This document shows, piece after piece, positions 38,801 to 51,336 of a stretch of 64,000 bases of DNA. The translations under genes and the position numbers were made by a program. Each line of letters begins with the position of its first letter. Within the stretch, counting starts at the first letter, position 1. The DNA comes from Zygnema circumcarinatum SAG 698-1b (taxonomy: Eukaryota > Plantae > Zygnematophyceae): positions 1,066,617 to 1,130,616 of the forward strand of contig CM074818.1 of the NCBI GenBank assembly GCA_037447605.1, written 5' to 3'. Under the pieces are notes generated by a model that was given only the letters and a program-made list of their open reading frames with translations, did no database searches and was not told where the DNA came from.

Positions 38801-41800
38801 TGGAACCTTCGGCTGCTCTCTCCCCCGGCTCCCATGCATGCATGCATGCATGCAGGCCCCATCCCATCTATGCCATGGCCATAGATGCAGGCATGAGCCG
38901 CCATGGATGCGGTTCATGTCCGTACATGCCGTACAATTATGGCCTTTTTTACCGGTCAGCCCTTGACCCTCGGGGCCCTGCCGGGCCGGCGTTGACCAGC
39001 CGTGAAAGGCGGCGGTCGGCGGCCCTTGCCGAGGCAGCCACGTGGTTGACGCTGATTTGTCCCGCGTGACGTGGCGACACGAGGGGGCGGCCGATTCGAC
39101 TCCGGAAAGTCAGAGACCGCCGCCCCGCGCGCTGGCCGTTGGTCCGTACGGTCCCCGCCAACGGCCGCCACCGCCCTGGCTTATTGCAGTTGTCCGTACG
39201 GCGCTGAGAGCCCATCGCAGCCGTCGATCGCTGAGTCCCGCCGCGCTGGCGCGTTCTGAGCCTTCCGATCGGCCCCGCCCGGCGGCGCTCGTCGGCGGCC
39301 GCGCGGTTCAGCACCGACTTTTCTGTCAGGCCGCCCCTGCGCAGCGAAGTCGTCGCTCGGGCTGACGTCAGCAGCCAGACGAAAGATAGGGGCGGAAACT
39401 GGTACGGACGGCGTTCGCTGTTGGAGTCGTGTGCGACGGAACCACCGCGTCACGTGACGCGTGCTTGCTGCTTCGCCGTTAAAACATATAGAAAACTCGG
39501 AACACAGGAAGCGGGCTGTTCTATGTGGAAAATATTGGGAACCACAGGGAACGCGCCCTGCGCCAGGTGTAACTGTGGCTGCATGACGCGTGGCGTTCCA
39601 TGCAACCGTTACCATACATTGCGTTAGGGTCCATGGGGAGGACTGCGGAAGGGGGGATTACCGGATAAGCGGTTTTTGTATTTCCTGGTCACTTTCAAAG
39701 ACATGCGCTTTCCGAATGTCTGCTTTCCACACGTCATTTGCCACTAGTTATTTGAAAGCCCTCCACCTTTCACACAGCATTCAACCATGAAAGTGGTGAA
39801 TTCCTCTTGCAAGGCGGCCGCTGCCTAGGCCTCCTTAGAAAGAAGTAGCGTGACAACCTTATCAAGGGGTTGATAAGTTTGTCCCGTTTCCCGTCTTTCC
39901 CGTCCCGTTTTTCTTTTCCCGGTTTCCCGTCTCGTTTCCCCCCTTGCAGAGACTTCCCGCCCATTAAGTTCATCCTTACACTTCTCACGTAGCTGCATGT
40001 CTTTCCATCCTAAGAGTAGTCCCTTGCATGTGCAGACGGCTTTTGGGGCAGCATGGTTTGGGAACGAGCAGCACCGACGAGTTGCTGCAGCGTCTCTCCT
40101 CCTCGGCCGCACAGAGCGAGATGGGCTCTCCCTCCTTGGGGGGGTGGAGGACACCTCCGCATGGAGGGGGGGCCACTATGGCAGGCGGAGGGCCATCCAT
40201 GAACATTGGGGGAGTGGGGGGGGGTGGGGGGGGGCGGAACGGGGCTTTACAAGCAGGCCCACGAGGGCATTCAATGTTCACAGCTGCCGCTTCCTCTCCC
40301 TCTCCCTCTCCCTCCATGCATTCTGCTCCTACTTCTGCCTCACCTCTTCCCCCACTGTCCAACTCCACTACCACTCAGTCTGCAGCCCCTTCTGCCCCGG
40401 CAGGCACGCGGGCTCCCGGAAACGTGTCAGCAGTCGTCAGTATGCTGAAAGGGTGAGAACCACATGTGTGCTTTCCGCTTCCTTATTCTGTACTGAAAGC
40501 CCCATCTTCCCGCTCCTGGCTATTCCAAAGTAGCGGAAAGACCCTCTCCTTCGTTTAGCCGTTGATTTAAAAAGCTGAATTTCCGTTTGCAGAAGCATCG
40601 AGAGGAAGAAGCAGCTCTCTGTCAAGCAGCCCTCCCCTGCTCCCCCTGAAGCAAGCCCATCCTCCGGCGGCCCTATGACCGTCCTACAATTCCAACAACT
40701 GCGCTCTCGCCTTGCCCAAGTGGCTGCCCTAAACTCCTCCCTCGGCCAGCAGGACGCGGGGAGCGGCCGTGCCTCTCCCTCCCACTCCCACTCCCACCTC
40801 GGCAGCGCCCCTCCCCCCCCTCTCCCTCTCAGCCCCCAAGATTCCCCCCGAGCCTCTGCCTCTGACGGCAGCGGGGGGCCCACCCTTCAGCTCCCTCCCA
40901 CGCGGCCCCCTTCCGTCCTTCTTGCCTCTAAACGGAGCATACCGTCGGGCTCTGTTTCGCCGGAAGAGCCCTCCGCGAAGAGAGTGGCGGGTGGGAGTGG
41001 GGCAGCCATGGCGGGGGGGGGAGGGAGCACGGGCACTTCCGCAGCAGGCGGACGAGGTGGGTTGGTGGGAGCTTGAGTCACGATGTGATTGTGAGTTAAC
41101 TACAGTGAAACGATTACCAAGATCGCAGTTCATGTAGGAGAAGAAGAAAGAATAGAACTAAACGGAAAATTGAATGTGAAAAGCTATACCTTCCGACAAG
41201 ATTATTACTTTGTGATGGGCGACAATCGCCGAGGTGGAAAGTGGGGATGTTTTTTTTTTCTGATTTGGAAGTGAGTCGGTGTGTTGTTCGTTCGATGTGT
41301 GGAATGGAGAGTCGTGTTTTGGGATTGAACTTTTTTTTGGGTTATGGAATGGAATTGGCAGGTAACGGAGATGGGGAGGTTCGTAAGGTACATGCTGCCT
41401 GCCTTTCCTTTGTGTGAATTGTTTTCGCTGTTCAATCTTAGTGCAGGTGTACATGCTCAAGTTTGCACAATTCAGCTGCCTGTAATGATGAAGTGACTAT
41501 GGGCAGAACGGGAGTTAGTATGCTAACTTACAGGCAGCTAATCGCATTTTAACCTTGAAATTCCAGATGCAGCTCATGATGCTCTCTTCTCTGTGCTCGC
41601 GCAATAGTTTAGGGGGTTCATTTTACTACTCAGGTAATTTGGCTTTGATTTTCGTAGCCTCTGAAAGTAAACAGTTATTGCAAATGTGCTGAGGAAATTT
41701 TTTGAGGCAATTTATAGCTCTAACGTCACGTCGATCTCCTTCGTATCCCTGTCCCTCCCTGCAGGTGCAACCCCCTTCCATTGTCATCAACAGGCCTGAA

Positions 41801-42842
41801 ACTTTGTTGCGTTCCGCATCTATGTCGTCACCCGGGACAGGTATCTTCCCCCCGCCCGTTTTTCCTTTCAACGTAAGCTTTCGGTGAAATGCATCACTAA
41901 TGCCTCTCCCCTTTATCCAAACGGTGGAGATAATGTTCTCATGAGGGAAATGATGTGCTGCTTCAGTGCCAAACAACAGGGATGCGGGAGTGACTGTAAA
42001 GTGATCGCCCGTTTTGATCTCTGTTTGTTCGTTAAAGAGGACCTGTCTGTTCCCGCCAAACGATCAGAAACACTTCTCAAATCGCTGAGCATGTGATTGA
42101 AAAAATATTGCCTGCAGGTAGTGGGGCGGGCCAAACACGACAATACCGGGTGGAGCGGCAGCGGAAGTAAGCCCTTTCCATTGTCCACTTTCCCACACAT
42201 AATCCATAGTTTTGCCCTTTTTTACCTAGTTTGTACCTAGTGAAAGGATCGCTTTGGGAAATAGACAATTGTCAGACTGAGCAAAATCTGGGGTGTTTCT
42301 GCAGACTGATGGAAGCAAAAGGTAGAGGTGGCAGCACAGCGGTCCCCAGCAGTGATGTACAGGCTCTGAGGAAGAAGTGCGAAAGTTTAGAGACAGAAGT
42401 GCGCAGCTTGAAGACGTTCCAAAGCTTCATGAACAGGTATGGGACACGCATCTTGAGAAGCATCACCCTCGTCTTCTTCTACCAGTCGGATGGATGGATT
42501 TACCTCTTGCTTGGGTGGAGCGTAGACCTTAAGGTTCACTTTTTATAGTTACCTCAGCTTATGGAATGTTTCAGCAACAAATGGCAACTGCTTTTGTCAG
42601 TCACTGATGCGAACCATTTGTCAGCTGTAATGTCCACCTGCTGTGTGTGAAATGTGACCGGGTTCCGTTGTTGAAGTTATGTCAACCCTGTGTGTTGGGC
42701 ATGCAGGAAGGATTCGGAGCAGACAACGAAGATAGAGGAGCTAGAAGCTCTGAATTCGTCGTTGACAGAAGAGCGGGACCGGCTCCTGGAGGAGCTTGTA
42801 CGATATCGATCAATGGGAGAAGATAACATGCAAAGTGATTGA
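35822..42842 (+). CDS. CYCLOPS: CYCLOPS/IPD3 symbiosis-pathway transcription factor homolog, ~470 aa; exons 35822-35974, 38471-38532, 40036-40452, 40593-41056, 42118-42166, 42305-42436, 42707-42842 (possible extra exon 41765-41840)
   Basis: Family motifs occur in order: PIAMLG...SEELFQKWLT; PMTRSRSSELRR; VVSMLKGSIERKK; RVERQRKLMEAK...SDVQALRKKCESLETEVRSLK...SFMNRKDSEQT..IEEL...ERDRLLEEL. The seven exons total 1413 nt in frame with GT-AG introns. Confidence 0.9.
38950..39620. promoter_or_regulatory. CpG-rich promoter-like island inside CYCLOPS intron 2
   Basis: GC/CpG-rich segment resembling the window's promoters, with CCGTACG motifs and CACGTG boxes. It is preceded by TTTAGGGTTTAGGG and a (CATG)n tract. 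Confidence 0.4.
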
Positions 42843-43975
42843 GGATGGCGGAAAAGGGACTTTCTTTTAAGGGACCAGTCATGGGTCATATTCAATAAAC
42901 ATCTGCTTCAGGCGGCACCTTCTGAAGACAGGTCAAAGTGTAAGCCAAGACTTTTCGTCGCCAAATGTGTTGACCGTTCGGATCCACACCTTTCGATTAT
43001 CTCCTTAGAGCAAGCTTCAAGATGAGCCCCCCCCCGGCATGAAAGCGTTGAGCAAGTGGAGGAAGAGGATGGCTTTCCGCCACCCCCCCACTCCTCTCAG
43101 TAGAAGTTTTGTGGCAAGTCGCAAGTCGGAAAGGAGGGGCCGTCCCGGCTGCCTGGTTATCATGATGGGTGTTTACCAATCATGATTCTTGAGTCCTGAA
43201 TGTATGTAGAGTGGTTGACCCATGGAAAGGTAGATGCGACGTGTGCCCCTGGTGCCCAGGAAGTGCGTCTGTCGGTAGGTGCCCGACCTACTGAATCGAG
43301 CTTATGTGTAGTGGATTAGAGGTTTTTTCCTCCCCGTGAAAAGCGGTCTGTAAAAAGAGGTACAAACGAGACAGAGTTAAGTAGGCCATTTATGAAAGAG
43401 TTCTTGAGAAGCTTTCGGCTCCTCTCTCATTGTTCGCCCGATGCCGTGTTCTGTAGCGCATGTCCCTTTGGCTTTTCAGTATTCATCCCTTGAGGACTTC
43501 TGCTGGAAGAAGGCTGCTGTTGCTTGTGGATGGACATGAGGTCCTCTCTCTCTCTCTCTCTCTCCCTCCCTAACTCCCTCCCTCCCATCCTCCCTCCCTC
43601 CCTCCCTCCATATGAAACGATGGCTGCTAGCTCGACACGTCGTGGGGCTGGCTGTTGGGAAAGGCCCTTTGTTTCTGGCCGGTACGCACACACGGCAGCC
43701 GCCGTCTCCCTTCCCCCTCCCCACCACTGCCCAGATCCGGCCATGGCTGCCGGCCCCTCCCGCGAGCCACTGGGAGTGGAGGCTGCACCAGTCTGTGCCT
43801 GTCTGTGCCAGTGACAGTTACAGTTAAACGCAACTGCATCCTGGTTTTAGGGCATGGAGCCGTTCACACAAGCCGACCATACAGTATAGTACGGACTGCG
43901 AAGGTTCCTTTGGAGGTGCCGAGTTCGAGCCCCGCGAGTGCCGTCGAGTGAAGACCTGCGCGCGTCTGCGGATCG

Positions 43976-46900
43976 ATGGCGGAGCAGGCGGAGTCGGAGC
44001 AGGCCATGGCCATGGCCATGGCGGGCGAGCCTCCCGCTCCCGCTCGCGCCGCGGCGCCTCCTCCTGCCGAGTCCCTCCCCGCGCCTCTCGAGCGCGCGAT
44101 CCCTACTGTGCCGCCGTCCGATTCGAGCAGAGCGCCTGCTCACAGTGAAGGAGATGCCTGCACTCGCCTCGCCTCGCCTGGCGGGGAGGCTCGTCCTGGC
44201 AACGAAGCCGGCTCGGGGGGGGCGTGTGAGAGAGAAGGTGTAGAAGAGTTGAAGGGTGGCGATGGTAGGAGTGGTGAAGAGGGACCTGCAGCGATGGATG
44301 TGGGGAAGGAGAGCGCGTCTGCACAGGAGAGGAGAGCGGAGGAGAAGAGCGAGGATGACCTTGTCGCAACAGTCAAGCTGCTGCAGCTGGCCCTCGGATA
44401 TGTATCAAGGAACGTTTCGCTGCCACACGCGCTTCAAGAAGTCCTTCTACGCATAGTGGACGGACCTTCATCAGAAAGCAGACTTGTCAAGGATAGCGAG
44501 GATGCGGTACAACATCCTGGACGGGTTGCGAAGGTGAGCTCATTCTATTAGGCACTGCCAAACTTTTCTGTATTATGTTGTAAGAGCAACCTGCCATCTT
44601 TAACCTAACTTTGATCCACTTTCGTTCTAAGTGCACGTTGTTTTATCTAAAGATTATCATTCCAAAGGCTTCTGTGATTCTCCCTCTGAAGGAAGCCGTC
44701 TCTCTTATGTTCGTGAACCCTTTTCTAAACTGACACTTCGTGTAGGAGCAAATAGAGATCGTCCTGTACAACAAACACCTCCGTAAAATAAGGAAAAGTT
44801 TTGCGAAGGCCGCAGGCTGTTCCAATTATTCAAAAACCATCTGGAGCAGGAGACTTATTGAAGGGCTTCAGCAGAGCTGTTCGGTGCCAACGACGTGGTC
44901 TTAGTGCTGCAGAACTTCGAATGGAGCGTGAGAGTGTCACTCAAAGACTTATTAACATGCGAAAGGTGGAATTACAAAGTGAGTTCTGCTTCGCACTGAG
45001 GCAATGTTCCATTGTTTTAGGATAGACCTATCCTTTTCCTGCATACAGGAGGTCATTGTTCATGTCTGAAACGGCGCTGAAGCGACTACCGTACCATTAT
45101 GATAAGGAATATTCTCGTAAATAATTTGTTTGTTTCCCTTTGGTTGGTTATTGCTTTGCAAATGTGATATTTGAGTTAATGCTGATGTCGATTTTCCAAT
45201 TGTAGATATCAAAGCACTATGTTAATTCATTTTAAACCAAACCCCTTTGCATAGCAGTCATGTTGAGAGGCATTACCTCTTATATTTGTTTCTGAACTTA
45301 GATTTTTGGATTCCTTTGGTATCGTCATGTTTTTGTGGGCTCTGTGGGATGCCCATGGAACATGATAATATTTTGTTTTGGTTTTACACTGTTTTAGCAA
45401 CACCTAAACCATTATCGACAGAACACCTAAGTTTGTTGATGTGTTCTCGACAACATAGAAGATGTCTGGTTAGCCATTTATCAGATTATTTATCTCATTT
45501 TACTTTGTTTCGAATGGCAGATCTGGCACATCAGGTGTGGGACGAAGATGTTCGACGAAAGGCTGCGATTGAACTGAAAGCCATAAAGGTAGCTAATTTA
45601 TATAAGCATTATTTGATTGAAGGGTGACATCGATTTCCATTCATGCCGCGTGCCTTCCACCACTCCACGTATTCTCAAGCTCTATGTTGTGAAGGCTTCC
45701 TGCTGCAGTATTAATCATTTTTGCTGAGTTGCATTAAGACTAGGTGGTTTTTTGACTCATGAGTGGATTTTTGAAGGGTTTCACATTCTGAACTAGATTG
45801 TATGTCGGCATGTCTGATTCCTTTCAAGTTGATTTAGCTCAAGAAGTACTTGTCCTGCTGTATTTTCTTATTGTGGATATTTTCTACTGGGAATGGAATT
45901 ATGCAGCTCTTGGATCTTCAAAAGCGAGTCCGATTTCAAGTTGCAGCAGAAGCAAAGCTGCTGGCTATGTGCGGCAAACCCAACCAAGAGCTCTACGACT
46001 GGGGCATGCTGCGGTTGAAACGTGCAGATGTGGCTGCTTCATTGGCCCGCTGGGATCCTCGAGCCGGCAGTGCAGGCCAGTCTGCGGCAGAGATGGACAT
46101 TCGGCAGCGGCGCAAGCGTGAAGCAGAGGCATGTTAAGCGTGTCTGAACAAATTTAAGTTCGATAGTGGATGTTGGCCGTCATGATGATAGGGTGCAGTT
46201 AGAATACCGTCACTTTTAGCACCTTGGGAAAGAAGGAGTTATTTGGAAAGCATATCGGTTTAATTGATATCTGATTGGTAAAGCAGGAGTGTACGGAAAC
46301 CCTAAAAACCCTAAAGTACGTATTAGAGGAAAGATTTGCATGCTTTCCATCGGGGGACTTATGTACTGAGTGGGTTAGCAGGTGCGTGTTCTTTTTTTTC
46401 TTTCATACAGAGGAAACAGCGTGAGGAGGACGAGGAACAACAGAGGAGTGTTCAAGCTCTCACGCGCTTCACTACGGAGCTGCAGATTGCCCTTCGTGAG
46501 ATAATGTTGCAGGCACAAGCAGCAGCGAAGCGACGTAAACAGAGAAATGATATGGTGGTGGTGCGTGCATTAATTCACACTTGCTTATCTTGTCCGTGTA
46601 TGTGGTGTTGGAGGAGCAAGATTAGCACTTAATTGTCAATGACGTCCTACAAATCATTATGTCTTTGGGAATTGATGAATATATCTTGCTTGTGTTTTTG
46701 CTGGCTCAGCTTTTAATACCAGTTTCAAAAAACTTGCAAAAATATAGTGTGATTGTATAGCATTCTGAAAAGGTGCTGACTATATATGGCCGTGTCTGCA
46801 GACATGGCACATAAAGCAGAAGCAACGAGCTTCCAGAGCAGAAAGGCTGCGTGTTCAGGCGTTGAAGACAGGGGACCAGGAAGCCTACCTCCAGCTAGTA

Positions 46901-49900
46901 GAGGAAAGCAAGAATGAGCGATTGAAAACTCTACTTGGAAAAACAGATGAGCTTTTGCAAAGACTGGGGGCCATGGTTCAACAGCAGAAGGACTTACCTC
47001 TTTTTTCGTCGATTCCAAAAGAACAGAAAGCGAAGGATAAGGGAAATAAGGAGGTCAGTAAGGAGAAGGAGGGTGGCGAGACAGGGGCAGTCGAGGACCA
47101 AGCTTCAGTCAAAGGGGCCGCAGGAAAGAGAGATTTGATGGAAGGGCAGCGGAAATATAACATGGCTGTACATTCGATCGAGGAGACTGTTACTAAGCAA
47201 CCAGAAATCCTAGAGGGAGGGCAGTTAAGGGAGTATCAGCTGGAAGGACTTCAGTGGATGCTCTCTCTTTATAACAATAACTTGAATGGCATTTTGGCGG
47301 ATGAAATGGGATTGGGAAAGACAATTCAGACTATTGCTTTGCTGGCATATTTAGCAGAAACCAAAGGAGTTACAGGTCCCCACTTGATATTGGCTCCAAA
47401 GGCTGTTCTACCGAATTGGGCACATGAGTTTGCGACCTGGCTGCCAAGGTATGTACAGAAGTCATGCCTCCTCTCCTGAGAGAGCTGAGGAATGCTGATG
47501 TTGGAATGAAGGTTAGAGAGTCGATTTCTACTTTTCAGATGGAATTTGAAGACTGTGTCCGGACTTGCATGATATCACGTTCATTCACTTTTTGCATGTG
47601 CGTTTGCTGTGAATTGTGCGTCCATGTTACACGCTTATCTTGGAAGTTTGTTCTTGGTTTTGCAGCATGGCTGTCATTGTGTATGACGGTAAGCAGGAAG
47701 ACAGGAGAGCCCTTAGGGGAGAAGGGTTTGCTGCGGAAGGCAAATTCAACGTGATGATCACGCACTATGATCTCATTATGCGCGACAAAGCTTTTCTTAA
47801 GAAGATCAGGTGGCACTACCTCATCGTTGACGAGGGGCACCGATTGAAAAATCACGAATCTATGTTGGCAAAGACGCTTATGGCAGGGTAAGTTGGAAGA
47901 TTTAATTATTTTCAGATGCGAATTGCTTTATGCCCTTGCACACAAGGTGATTCTACTGAAATTTCGCGGCAGCGCCTTAAGGTGCAGTCGTATGCAGAGC
48001 CGTTTTCAAGCACTGTTAGATTTCTTTTTGTGTGTACCGTTTGTGGAATGTCTGAGTGGTTGTGGATGACGAAATCCGAGAAAGTTACGACATTTTGACA
48101 TGCAGGGGAGGATGTGGGGGCCCGCAGTTACATGATCCGCCGGCGCCTTCTCCTTACAGGCACTCCTATTCAGAACAGTTTGGGCGAACTCTGGGCTCTA
48201 CTGAACTTTCTCCTCCCTGCTATCTTCAACTCCAGTGGAAACTTTGAGGAGTGGTTCAATGCACCATTTGCAGATAAGTCTGAGGTGGCGTTAACGGAAG
48301 AAGAAGAGCTGCTTGTCATTCGGCGTCTGCATCAGGTGGGCCCTCATTCCGTCAAAAACTTCAGCAGGGAGTTATCGTCGGGCTTACAGGTTGTACTGCC
48401 CAATGTCTCGCATGTGAAAGAAAGGCTTCAGCAACTTTCCTCGAGTCTAAATTGAAGCGGTATTGAAACCCAATTTGGATATTTTTTTTTTTAGGTGATT
48501 CGGCCTTTTCTCTTACGAAGAAAAAAGGGGGAAGTGGAAAAGCACCTTCCGCAGAAAACACAAGTTATTCTGAAGTGCGACCTGTCAGCCTGGCAGCGTG
48601 CTTACTACTCCCAGATCCTCGAAGTGGGGAAAGTTGGGCTGAAAGTGAGCCTAGATTCTGGGAAGAAGGGGCATTCGCGATCTTTGCTCAACACAGCCAT
48701 GCAGCTGCGCAAGTGCTGCAACCATCCATTCCTTTTCCTTGACTCGGACATTTTGGACCATCTCGATCGCATGGACATTGTTCGGGCAAGTGGAAAGTTT
48801 GAGCTGCTTGACCGGCTTTTGCCCAAACTGCAGAGAACTGGACATCGCGTGCTGCTGTTTTCTCAAATGACATCGCTGATGAATATTCTGGAGGAGTATC
48901 TGACATGGCGAGGATTCTGCTATATGCGGTTGGATGGAAACACAAAAACAGAGGAAAGAGGTGTTCTTCTATCCAAGTTCAATGCAGTGGACTCGCCCTA
49001 CTTCATGTTCCTGCTCAGCACTCGAGCAGGTGGGCTTGGCTTAAACCTGCAAAGTGCCGACACTGTGATTCTGTTCGATAGTGATTGGAATCCGCAGATG
49101 GACCAGCAGGCAGAGGACAGGGCCCATCGAATCGGTCAAAAGAAAGAAGTAAGAGTGTTTGTGCTGGTCAGCGTGGGCTCCATCGAAGAGGAAATTCTGG
49201 AGAGGGCGAAGACCAAGATGGGAATTGATGCAAAGGTGATTCAAGCTGGTCTCTTCAACACCACTTCAACAGCTGCAGAGCGTCGAGTGCTTTTGGAGGA
49301 GATCATGCGGAGGGGCACATCGCAGTTGGGGACTGACATGCCCTCTCTCCGGGAGACAAATCGGCTCATTGCAAGGACTGATGCCGAGTTTGAGCTGTTC
49401 GAAAGAATGGATGCGGAGCGATTGCGAACTCTCGGAGGGAGGAAGTCTCCATTGATGACAGAGGAGGAGGTGCCGGAGTGGGTGTTCTTTCAGAGAGGAG
49501 GGAAGGATGATAAAGAGAAGGAGAGTGAGGAGCTGGGAGCAAAGCGGAAAAGGACAGCGGTCGTGAATCTGGACGTGCTAAGTGAAGCCCAATGGAAGCA
49601 GGTAGAGGAGGGAGCAGACGTGTTTGAAGTGATAAAGGCTCGAGAGGAACGTACCCAAAAAATGAGGGAGAAACGGAAACAGCAGCTTGATCCGGATGCT
49701 GGAAATGATGAAGATGGGTTTGAAGCAGCGGAGGGTGAAGACGCTACATTTGTTCGGCTCAACCCTGAGGACACGGGAGCCAAGAAGAGACGAAGAGCAG
49801 AGGAGAGTGAGAGAGATAATGATTTGAATGGTCAGGTCGGTAGCGGTCTTGCAACCCCACCATTGAAGAAGCGGAAAGTTGCTGAACCTCAAGGGCAGTC

Positions 49901-50525
49901 TGGCAAATCGATTGCAGCTCTGACGACTAATGTAAAGATAAGTTCTGGAGAAGCAAGTGGTAGGAAACAGGATCAGGGTGGCAGTGTTTTCAATATTTCA
50001 AAGCCACGTTTTGATGATGTCAGGACAGGAAGTGAAACACATGTTGCTTCTAGCACAGCAAAAGGAGTTGGGAGAAGAAGATCTGGTCTGGCCCGGCCCC
50101 GTAAACTTGAGCGTCAGCCGGTCGCCCTTGACAGTGCAGAGGAGGATGAGGCTACGGAGGTCAGCACTCATGAGGAGCAGAAGAAGGACATGGAGGTCAA
50201 TGCTAGAGATAGTGAAGAAAGGAGGTCGGGAAGGAGACGTTCCAAAGCGGGAAAGTTGAGAACGCTGAACTTAGTAGACGAAGGGGGGGCAGAGGCGGGA
50301 AGCAGTGCAAGAGTATATAATGACCGGCAAGAGGACAAGACCGAAAACTGGTGGGAGGAGTCTGTGATGGATGGGCACGACCAGCCTGGAGGTCACCGTG
50401 ATGTGAAAACGAACAAAAAAATGAGCTTGATAATAAAGCTGAAAAAGACTGGTGCGGAAATGGAGAAGTCAGCATCCTCCAGTATTCCAAGGAGCGGCGC
50501 CAAAACCAGACGTTCACAGAGATAG
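43976..50525 (+). CDS. CHR12: SWI2/SNF2 chromatin-remodelling ATPase, CHR12/CHR23 (MINU) type; exons 43976-44533, 44816-44978, 45521-45588, 45907-46128, 46411-46560, 46802-47448, 47666-47887, 48128-48335, 48495-50525
   Basis: [56 protein letters not shown] and [11 protein letters not shown], plus an HSA-like [16 protein letters not shown] segment and SnAC region. No bromodomain. Confidence 0.92.
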
Positions 50526-51336
50526 AGAGACCCAACTTGGTGACTGGGTGGAGCCGTTTGGGTTGTTAGCATTCTTTCATTCTCAGAAGTTAGCTTAAAT
50601 TTCTTATACAGGAGCTTGCTCTTTCTGCCACTAAAGATTGTGACATTTCTTGTGCTGTAAATACGGCGTAGCACAGTGGCAGTTCAATTTTGCTTTTTCC
50701 TTAGTTTTCATGAGCACATTACTGGTAGCACCGTTATCTGCAATGTCAAGCTTTGCAGCATGCTTGTGTTGCGGTAATTAATCACAAAATTGTTAACCAG
50801 AGAGCGCAATTGTTCATTGCTTGGTTGCAAGACAGGAGTGTGCAGGACTGACAGCAGCAGGAAGAAATGCTTTTGAGTGAAATTGCTCCAAACAAACGAC
50901 AAATCGAGTGGTTCTCTCCTTGCATTGCAGAGTGCGCCATGGCACTTGGAAACACGGCTTGAAGGGAAACTTTGAACTTTACGAGCTCAGCTGCTCTGCA
51001 TTTGCTTTGCGCAGCTTATTGGAAACGGCCATATATTACTATAAGGCCTGCCTCCCTCCTCCCGGGGAAGCGCAAAAGAATAGGACGGCGTCGCCCTGGC
51101 AAGTAATGCGTAGCATATCGTATCGTACATATTTTACATATCGTGGGGCGTTGTATAGATATACCGAGCGGCTTTGGGATATCTCGATATGTCCGCTCCG
51201 CGCACAGGGGAGCCGGGCCGGGCCGCGGTTGGGACCGCTGTGCGCGGAGCGGCCAGGGTGGCGGTGCGGGCACAGCCGGGGGCGGCAGGAGGGGGAGGGA
51301 GGGAGGCGGGAAGCGGAGGGAGAGAGGCAGCCATGG

